A stretch of 64,000 bases of DNA. It comes from Dehalococcoidia bacterium (GTDB lineage: Bacteria > Chloroflexota > Dehalococcoidia > Lucifugimonadales > GCA-2712585). This document shows positions 57,081 through 63,556 of the stretch, one piece after another (the first letter of the stretch is position 1; each line of letters starts with the position of its first letter). The translations under genes were made by a program, and so were the position numbers. Below the pieces are notes generated by a model. The model did no database searches. It had not been told where the DNA came from and saw nothing but the letters and a program-made list of their open reading frames with translations. Location of the stretch: NCBI GenBank assembly GCA_965247585.1, contig CBDFHC010000005.1:896334-960333 (forward strand), in the 5' to 3' direction.

Positions 57081-58346
57081 TCAGGGGACCAACCGGTCTT
57101 GGAGAGATCTTAATCGTTGGCTTAGGATCCTGTTAAAATGGAGACCCAGTGAGAGATTCTCAGACACCAGAACTTCGAACGCATCCTTTGGGATTCCCCA
57201 GGTTTCGACATCCGACAAAGCGATCACGGTAGCGGAACGGGGCTGGTTTGTCAGGAGCGCCATCTCACCGAAGCCCTCCCCCGGACCTAGCTCGGCCATG
57301 ACGGACGACGGTGCTCCATCCCTCTCCAACACAACCTGCGCTTTTCCCTCCCTGATCATGTAAAAGAAGTCTCCCGGATCGCCCTGCTTGAGTATGGTCG
57401 AGCCCTTGTCGAAGTGACGCTGCTCCAAAGTCGGTATGACCTTAAGTAGGTTCTTTGAGCCCAGGCCACTGAAGAAGGGGATCTCCTTGAGGTCTTGGAC
57501 CAGTTTAGGAACGGGCACTCCACCTTCATCGGACCGGCTCTCGACTCCCAGTGCGCCGCCATCCGCACCGCTCAAACGCCGTTCGACGGCTCTTTCTTCG
57601 GCTTGGGTCAAGTCCAATGGGAATGCGCAGACACTACATGCTAGCTGGTCCTCGAAGTTGCCATAATCGCACCTGCTGCAAACAATGACCACCCTGTCGC
57701 TTGCCCTTGCGGCTCCCATGGGAATCCGGTCAGGGGGAACGATGGTCCTGCTTTCAACTCGAGAGATTGCTACCATTTTTCCGCTGGCCATCTTCATGAC
57801 GCGATGGCAGTGTTGAGCGACCTCGGCATCTCCCGTGGCTATGACCACGGTTTTCCCCTCGTCGTTAAGCCTTTGGAGCAGACCTAGAACCTCGTCTCTG
57901 GAGCTGATGTCGATATCCTGAGTGGGCTCATCCGCGAAAATCACTGCCGGCTTATGAATCTCAGCTCTCGCGATGGACAGGCATTGGCGCTGGCCTTGGG
58001 TGAGCTGACCGGGACGGCGTTCCAGGGCATCACCCAGTCCAACACCTCTTAGCGCTTCTTCCGCTCTTTCGCGCCAATCCCATGACATGTATCCCTGAGC
58101 TCGCAGGGGCACTTCGACATTGGCCAGCAAGGTCTCGTTGGTCAGCGTGTTAAACGCCTGGAATATGAAACCAACCTTATGGGTTCGTAACTCTGCTAGT
58201 TCTACGTCGGTGAGTTGAGTAACATCCCGTCCTTCGAAATCTAGCGAACCTGAATCGGCGCGCTGCAGACACCCCAAGGTGTGCAGCAGAGTGGACTTAC
58301 CGGAGCCCGGCTCCCCCAAGACCGCCAGCATCTCTCCTGCGTACAC
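57081..58346 (-). CDS. ABC-type ATPase fused to a zinc-ribbon and a C-terminal cyclic-nucleotide-binding domain (N-terminally truncated?)
   Basis: Walker A GEPGSGKST only 11 aa from the GTG start. Signature LTQGQRQ, Walker B VIFADEPT. CSRCDYGN..CSVCAFP. cNMP domain ..GDFFYMIREGKAQV..GEGFGEMALLTNQPRSATV. The upstream frame is closed by stops. Confidence 0.75.
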   Translation of the reverse strand: MYAGEMLAVLGEPGSGKSTLLHTLGCLQRADSGSLDFEGRDVTQLTDVELAELRTHKVGFIFQAFNTLTNETLLANVEVPLRAQGYMSWDWRERAEEALRGVGLGDALERRPGQLTQGQRQCLSIARAEIHKPAVIFADEPTQDIDISSRDEVLGLLQRLNDEGKTVVIATGDAEVAQHCHRVMKMASGKMVAISRVESRTIVPPDRIPMGAARASDRVVIVCSRCDYGNFEDQLACSVCAFPLDLTQAEERAVERRLSGADGGALGVESRSDEGGVPVPKLVQDLKEIPFFSGLGSKNLLKVIPTLEQRHFDKGSTILKQGDPGDFFYMIREGKAQVVLERDGAPSSVMAELGPGEGFGEMALLTNQPRSATVIALSDVETWGIPKDAFEVLVSENLSLGLHFNRILSQRLRSLQDRLVP

Positions 58347-58356
58347 TTCTAAAGAG

Positions 58357-58410
58357 TGCGTCCAAACGCCTTCAGATTCCTGGTCTGTAATATTGCGTCC
58401 AAACGCCTTC
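58357..58410. repeat. 17-bp direct repeat pair, 37-bp period
   Basis: TGCGTCCAAACGCCTTC at 58357..58373 and 58394..58410. Confidence 0.95.
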
Positions 58411-58713
58411 TCCTACTCAGCCCCATTATCGCTCGGCGTGCGTTTGCACCAAAACACTATCCAGTATCGAGGTAGCCACGAAGCTAGGAGGGCCATATTC
58501 TAGGATTAGCATAGGTGCCGGTCAAGGCTTCGGTGCCAATTTGGTCCTCTACCCATCTCACCAGCTTGCTTCTCCTTGAGCAGGCTGCGGAAGAAGATCT
58601 ACGGCGGAGTTGAAGGTCGAAGGGCGTCTACTGGCTGAAGGACCTCGTTGCAAGAAGGCCCGTAGAGGGATGAGGTCGGGTCCCCGCTGGCTGGCATCGC
58701 CAGAGGAGATTGA

Positions 58714-58950
58714 CCTAGCGGACGCACCTCGCTCTACGTTGGCGGTGGCAGCTTGCAGGCCGACTCCCCCGCGATACAGGCCATATCAGCCTCCATGGGA
58801 GGCCGGATGCTCGCGGCCCAGGGAGCGGTGCCGGTGTACAAGGACGGCGAACTTGTGGGGGCGATAGGTGGAAGTGGGGCCAGCGCCCAACAGGACGAGG
58901 ACGACGCCCAGGCAGAATTGGGGCCCTTCAGGATTCCTCTGGCCGCATGA
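58714..58950 (+). pseudogene. C-terminal fragment of a GlcG/DUF336-like (haem-degrading-like) protein
   Basis: ..GGRMLAAQGAVPVYKDGELVGAIGGSGASAQQDEDDAQAEL resembles the conserved GG.P....G..VGAIGVSG.....D...A.AG end of DUF336 proteins. There is no matching N-terminal half in frame. Confidence 0.4.
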
Positions 58951-58962
58951 CAGGCATTTCAT
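58912..58962 (-). pseudogene. Remnant of the 5' end of a paralogous zinc-ribbon kinase gene
   Basis: Minus-strand ATG 58962 gives MKCLSCGQRNPEGPQFC, versus MKCPSCGLENREDARFC at the start of the kinase gene (55212). The upstream DNA is also homologous. Confidence 0.55.
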
Positions 58963-59155
58963 GGCCGGCCTCCGGTTAATGGCGCACTGAGCGCAGCAGG
59001 CAAGTAACCCGGGATTTCCAATTTCAGCCCATATCGGCCTGGTCCAATAGGACGAAGGAAGTATACGCCGGGCCTCTGACTAGCCTGTAGCACCCCCCGC
59101 CGGCCTCCTTTCTTGGCAGGCATGTAGGCAACATGCCACTTTCTGAAAAGAGAAG

Positions 59156-59181
59156 AGGCCCCGGAATAAATTCCGGGGCCT
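59156..59181 (-). terminator. Terminator hairpin downstream of tRNA-Trp (unit B copy of the 56622 hairpin)
   Basis: AGGCCCCGGAA / TAAA / TTCCGGGGCCT. On the minus strand it is followed by a CTTCTCTTTTC pyrimidine/T-rich tract. Confidence 0.6.
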
Positions 59182-59188
59182 TATTTTG

Positions 59189-59266
59189 TGCCTGGAAATG
59201 GCAGGAGCGGGAGGATTCGAACCCCCGACCACTGGTTTTGGAGACCAGCGCTCTGGCCAGACTGAG
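59189..59266 (-). tRNA. tRNA-Trp (anticodon CCA), CCA encoded
   Basis: Acceptor AGGAGCG/CGCTCCT, anticodon stem CTGGT/ACCAG with loop CTCCAAA, T-arm GGGGG-TTCGAAT-CCTCC, discriminator G. Confidence 0.9.
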
Positions 59267-59267
59267 C

Positions 59268-59343
59268 TACGCTCCTCTGGTACCCCTGGAGGGACTCGAA
59301 CCCCCGACGCGCGACTTAGGACGCCGCCGCTCTATCCTCTGAG
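59268..59343 (-). tRNA. tRNA-Arg (anticodon CCU), CCA encoded
   Basis: Acceptor GCCCCTG/CAGGGGT (G1-U72), D-arm GCTC-AGAGGATA-GAGC, anticodon stem GCGGC/GTCGC with loop GTCCTAA (unusual G32), T-loop TTCGAGT. Confidence 0.8.
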
Positions 59344-59346
59344 CTA

Positions 59347-59370
59347 CAGGGGCACATGGTGGACGATAGG
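59347..59370 (-). other. Orphan tRNA 3' fragment (T-loop to CCA), candidate att core of the adjacent integrated element
   Basis: The reverse complement reads TTCGAGT-CCCCT-ATCGTCC-A-CCA. No matching 5' half follows, since the sequence turns AT-rich at 59371. The acceptor differs from the neighbouring tRNA-Arg. Confidence 0.6.
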
Positions 59371-59523
59371 GGGACTCGAAAATACCCCAATTTACAGCTA
59401 AGTTTAGTGTATATGTGGAGAGTGTATACCATTTTATATGCCATTCAAGGACTGAACTGCGGTAAACGGCAGCGGGCTTTGACGGACAATGGCGCCGCGT
59501 TTCTGTCCTGCTCAGCGGCCATA

Positions 59524-60276
59524 TTAGTGAGTCGTCGCCGACCACCGCACTTCCCCTACGATGTCCGTATCTTCAGTCAACATCACCGGCAGCCAGGCCG
59601 GATTGTCGCTGATAACCCACCAGCCCTCTCTGTTGCGGTCCACTCGTTTCACCACTAGGCCGTCCTCATTCCGCAAGACATAAATGTGCTTGGGCTGAAG
59701 CTCCCGGCGGCTCCGGTCCACCAGGATTGTACAGCCATCAGGCAGGGTTGGCTCCATAGATTCTCCACTGACCTGGACGACATCGGCCTGCTCCGGGTCG
59801 ATGCTACGTTCCTTCAACCAATCGGCGCGGAACGGAACATATCCCACGACTTCCTCGCCGAACACTTCCGCCCCACTGCCAGCAGCGGGCCTTACTTCGC
59901 GGACGGGCAGGTTCCATATTCCATCTTGGTCCTTTGCTTCATCGAGGTTGTATCCGGGTTTGGTCTCGGCGACGGGACGGGTATCTATGTTGGCATGCTT
60001 CTCTGGCACGGGATAGCCGCCGTCATTGACTGAGACGGCGGGGCTGCCGTTCCTGCTGGCGGCCGGCGTCGGGTCGTCGGTCAGGCCGAGCAACCAATCA
60101 GCTGAAACATTGAGTTCTGCCGCAGCGTTAGCTAAACCGTCAATCCGCAGACCTGACTGGCCGCTTTCCACGCGCGAAATTACCGAGTGGTCGTAACGGT
60201 CACCTAGCGCAACCGCCAGTTCGACCTGCCCTAATCCTGCTCTCTTCCGTGCCTCTGCGATTCGCTGTCCTAGCAT
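59524..60276 (-). CDS. CI/LexA-like phage repressor (XRE HTH plus S24 peptidase domain)
   Basis: N-terminal HTH RKRAGLGQVELAVALG..SVISRVESG. C-terminal autopeptidase VSGESMEPTLPDG ... LVVKRV (Ser/Lys dyad). Confidence 0.88.
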   Translation of the reverse strand: MLGQRIAEARKRAGLGQVELAVALGDRYDHSVISRVESGQSGLRIDGLANAAAELNVSADWLLGLTDDPTPAASRNGSPAVSVNDGGYPVPEKHANIDTRPVAETKPGYNLDEAKDQDGIWNLPVREVRPAAGSGAEVFGEEVVGYVPFRADWLKERSIDPEQADVVQVSGESMEPTLPDGCTILVDRSRRELQPKHIYVLRNEDGLVVKRVDRNREGWWVISDNPAWLPVMLTEDTDIVGEVRWSATTH

Positions 60277-60368
60277 GATTACATCTCCTACATATGATAA
60301 GACAGCTTATGGGTTAACAAGAGTGCATGGCATACACTACGATGCTATGCATGATGTACACAGACGCA
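60277..60368. promoter_or_regulatory. Divergent repressor/Cro intergenic region (putative lysogeny switch)
   Basis: AT-richer spacer between divergently oriented HTH genes. Contains short palindromes such as ATAAGacagCTTAT. Function inferred from position only. Confidence 0.35.
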
Positions 60369-60617
60369 ATGAGTCCTATCAGAACTCGGCTCATCCAAAT
60401 GGGGCTAACCCAGGAACGGGTGGCAGTCGCCCTCGGAATTGACCCTTCCTTGTTGGGACGCTACCTACGAGGTATCCGCCCCATGCCCGAAGGGATGGAG
60501 GCCCACGTCAACACCGCCCTGGACGAGATGGAAGAGGAGAAGCGGGTGGCGACGGAGGCGGTTGAGAAACTGCGGGCGGAGCGGGCGGTGCTGGATGCAG
60601 GCGGGGAACGACTATGA
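60327..60617 (+). CDS. Cro/antirepressor-like small HTH protein
   Basis: HTH MGLTQERVAVALGIDPSLLGRYLRG. Divergent from the CI-like gene. Start may be ATG 60369. Confidence 0.65.
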   Translation: MAYTTMLCMMYTDAMSPIRTRLIQMGLTQERVAVALGIDPSLLGRYLRGIRPMPEGMEAHVNTALDEMEEEKRVATEAVEKLRAERAVLDAGGERL

Positions 60618-60835
60618 CTGAGATTCAAGAACTGCGGCTAATCAAGCTTGAGGAAGTCAAGCTTCTGACCGGCCTGGGCAAGACGACCATCTACGGACTC
60701 ATTGCCAAGGGCGTATTCCCCCGGGCCAAGCAGACTCCCGCTAGGCGAGTGGCTTGGCGGGAGTCCGAGGTCAGGGAGTGGTTGGAAGGAGTGCAGCCAA
60801 CACAGCCTGAAAGGGAACGGAGGCGCGATGGCTAA
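60614..60835 (+). CDS. AlpA/excisionase-like MerR-type HTH protein
   Basis: IKLEEVKLLTGLGKTTIYGLIAKGVFPRAKQ..RRVAWRESEVREWL matches the AlpA/Xis-type phage regulators. 4-nt overlap with the upstream gene. Confidence 0.75.
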   Translation: MTEIQELRLIKLEEVKLLTGLGKTTIYGLIAKGVFPRAKQTPARRVAWRESEVREWLEGVQPTQPERERRRDG

Positions 60836-61052
60836 GTTAATTCCGGTGGGAATTTCCATCAATGGCCGCCGGGGGCGTTCCACCATCATGCCAGGCGGCC
60901 GCTACCTGTATTCCTGTCCCAACTGCACCGGCCTAGTATCCAACGATCAGTCCTACTGTGAGTACCGGCGTCCGGCGGTGGCCTGGCCACCCTGGAGCGC
61001 CACGGCACAGAGCACTACCGGCAAATGGGCTGGACGACTAGAGAGGACATAG
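60828..61052 (+). CDS. Small hypothetical protein with a Cys pair (CPNC)
   Basis: ATG 60828 overlaps the AlpA-like stop. 74 aa, no recognised family. Confidence 0.4.
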   Translation: MAKLIPVGISINGRRGRSTIMPGGRYLYSCPNCTGLVSNDQSYCEYRRPAVAWPPWSATAQSTTGKWAGRLERT

Positions 61053-61711
61053 TCGCCCGGCTTTGGGCGGAGTACAAAGAGCGGCAGGGTAGGAACAGGA
61101 GAGGAGGGAGCGCAAGGTCCCTGCCCTGCCGCCCATCTAATAAAGAGCAATAGAAGGCCCCAGGGAGCAAGCCTGGGGCTGGAAAGAGAGGAGACGTAGA
61201 GCCCTGTGAAAGCTGCTACAACAGAATTATACCACGGCCGGAGGCCCCGGCGCGGCAAAGCCGCCGTCCAGGCCGCTCCAAAAAGCCAGCTTCCTCTCAT
61301 CCAGGAGCCCTCCACGAATGGCCACCGGCGCAACGGCCGGAAGGCCACCACGGAGACGGTCCACTACTTCATCACAACGCCCAAACACGGGCGTCGTTGT
61401 GCTGAGCGCACCAACCACGGCGTCTACGAGGGCACCATCACTCCTCGGCGCAATCTAAAGGCCCTGACAGGAGGAGAGCGAAAGGTCTGTGGCAGATGCT
61501 CCAAGCCAGTACGAGTTGTGGTACGGCTGGAGACCGAGAAAGACGAATGCCCGGCGGCACGGTTCAACATTTAGGAGGTAATGATTTCATGACACACCAG
61601 CGATTCCGAAACTATCTGAAGGCCGACTATCCCGTCTTATGGGTCAGCACGCCTGAGCGGTAGACAGCGGCGAACGGCTACCGGCGCCGGGTTCAGATGG
61701 AGGAAAACTAG

Positions 61712-62029
61712 ATGGCCACTGAGACCGCAAGGATCCTGATTATCCCGCCCCAGTTTCACCGCCGTGCCCTACAGCGTAGGGCCTCATACAAAGCGGTGGT
61801 GGAGGCGCTGGAGAAGCGAACGGACAAGAGACGCATCATCAGCCGCACCGTCCGGCATCTGCGCTCTCGTGGCGTCCTGGTCGAGATGATGGACGGCCAC
61901 CTGATGGTACGTCAACCGACTGACCGGCTGGTCCCTCTGGCAGACGGCATCTTCGCCTTCGGCCCCAATGGAGACCTACACGAGGAGGCCTTGACATCAA
62001 CATCTGCCCTAACGGGCGCCCTCATATAA
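61712..62029 (+). CDS. Hypothetical phage-region protein (105 aa)
   Basis: ATG start with GGAGGA upstream. No recognised motif. Confidence 0.45.
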   Translation: MATETARILIIPPQFHRRALQRRASYKAVVEALEKRTDKRRIISRTVRHLRSRGVLVEMMDGHLMVRQPTDRLVPLADGIFAFGPNGDLHEEALTSTSALTGALI

Positions 62030-62428
62030 GGGCGCTGGACCAACACAACAGAGGGAGGTGCCGTAACTGCCCAGCTACGCGCACGTTTTCCCCTCATGCG
62101 TCCATGGGAGAAGGTTTCCGCCATAGCTATTCCATGCTCCCCAGCAGGGTGCTGAATACCCTGTCGGCGGACCTGAGCGCCAGCGTAGCACCGCCTTTGT
62201 GAAGGTGCTGACCGGCTTCCAGGAGAGATACGCCAACGATGAGCCGAGGGTGACCAATGGCACATAGCGGCAGTCTGGACGACCGCAACTGGGTCCACAA
62301 GACAGCGGGGCGCTTGATTGGCCTGGAGGAAATCATATCCGGCTCCAGCAGGAAGAGCTGGACGACCTCAGAAGCTGGTGCGCAGTGGCCAGCGACTACA
62401 TACAACGGTTGGAGAAAGGAGAGGTGAG

Positions 62429-62791
62429 ATGACCGGAAAAACCTTGGAGTGTGAACACTGCGGACAGGAAGCCGAGGACTTATACGACCTGGACGTTGGC
62501 CACCGGGGCTGCCGCCTTAAAGCCGCGTTTCCCGGCGCCTACGACCAGGACGGCGGGCTGGTTACCTTCGACATGGCGAAGGTGCGAGCGCAGCTTGGGA
62601 TGGTGGAACCGCTAAGAACAGACGCGGGTTTAGAGGTAGAGCTACACCACGGAAGCGTGTGGCTATCAGTCAGGGTCCAGGTAAGCAACCAACTGAGTAG
62701 TTGGACCTGGTTCATCCCTCTAGAGGAATGGGACCAGATGGTGGACTACGTGGCGCAATGCCGGGCTGCCCAGGAGGAGCGCGACCAATGA
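62429..62791 (+). CDS. Hypothetical phage-region protein (120 aa)
   Basis: ATG 62429 preceded by GGAGAAAGGAGAGG. N-terminal CEHCG. ATGA-type coupling on both sides. Confidence 0.5.
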   Translation: MTGKTLECEHCGQEAEDLYDLDVGHRGCRLKAAFPGAYDQDGGLVTFDMAKVRAQLGMVEPLRTDAGLEVELHHGSVWLSVRVQVSNQLSSWTWFIPLEEWDQMVDYVAQCRAAQEERDQ

Positions 62792-63042
62792 CCATCCAGG
62801 TCCGCATCTGCAACAGGCAAAGGACACATACAGGCTGTCAAGCCAGCCGAGCCCGGAAGCAACTGATGCGCCAGGGCCACTCCGCCAGGGTGTTTGACCA
62901 CGGCTTCGTGGAAACCAACGCGCCGGCGGGCCTTGTGATAAGCCTCCAGCTATGGATTGAACGGGATAGTCGGCGCCACCTCAGTGGCGACCTGGTGCCG
63001 GTCCCTACACCACTGCCGAATCGGGAGGTGCCAGGACAGTAG
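62788..63042 (+). CDS. Hypothetical phage-region protein (84 aa)
   Basis: ATG 62788 overlaps the upstream stop (ATGA). Confidence 0.45.
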   Translation: MTIQVRICNRQRTHTGCQASRARKQLMRQGHSARVFDHGFVETNAPAGLVISLQLWIERDSRRHLSGDLVPVPTPLPNREVPGQ

Positions 63043-63062
63043 GAACAATAACAACTCAACAC

Positions 63063-63320
63063 ATGGTGGACGTGGAAATGGACTTGGCCTGCTGGAGCGC
63101 TGAGGAGCTGCTAGAGGAGCTGGACTCCCGTCTGCTCAATGTTGAAGGCTCGGTGAAAGACCGTTTGATACGTCTGTTCCTACGAGAACTGGCCGATTTT
63201 GGCTGCCCTAAGGACCTCCTAGCACCAATTGAAGATTGGGTTGGCACTCCAGTGCTCACGTTCAAGGACCTGGAAGCATGGTGCGCCACCACCCCACAAC
63301 TCGGAGAAGCTACAGCTTAA
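63063..63320 (+). CDS. Hypothetical acidic phage-region protein (85 aa)
   Basis: ATG-initiated ORF with coding-like composition and no motif. Confidence 0.45.
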   Translation: MVDVEMDLACWSAEELLEELDSRLLNVEGSVKDRLIRLFLRELADFGCPKDLLAPIEDWVGTPVLTFKDLEAWCATTPQLGEATA

Positions 63321-63427
63321 TTCGGCGATACTGCCCCGGCCCCGGCCTGTGACCTACGGGTATACCTCCCTCGCTGGAACGGGCCACGCAACACCGGGCC
63401 CCATATCCAATCGTAAAGGAGCACTTA

Positions 63428-63556
63428 ATGAAAAAGAATCGCTCCCGCCTAGAACGCAGCCGCAACATCCGTGAGGCGGACCGCGTTAACTGGCAGGCGG
63501 AAATCTCCAACGCCGTCCTGGAGAAGTTAGAGAAGGAGAAGAACCGATGCCAATAG
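63428..63556 (+). CDS. Small basic coiled-coil-like protein (42 aa)
   Basis: ATG 63428 (MKKNRSRLERSRNIREADRVNWQAE..). Its stop overlaps the start of the next ORF. Too short for the ORF track. Confidence 0.35.
   Translation: MKKNRSRLERSRNIREADRVNWQAEISNAVLEKLEKEKNRCQ

Noticed and set aside
61206-61574. 122-aa GTG-initiated, highly basic ORF
   Set aside because: No ribosome-binding site or motif, and its composition is dominated by Arg/Lys/Pro/Thr. It might contain a shorter real gene, but I cannot support a call.
61912-62298. 128-aa minus-strand ORF in the prophage region
   Set aside because: Arg/Ser/Pro-rich translation, opposite to the direction of all neighbouring phage-like genes. The plus strand shows better, though broken, coding signal.
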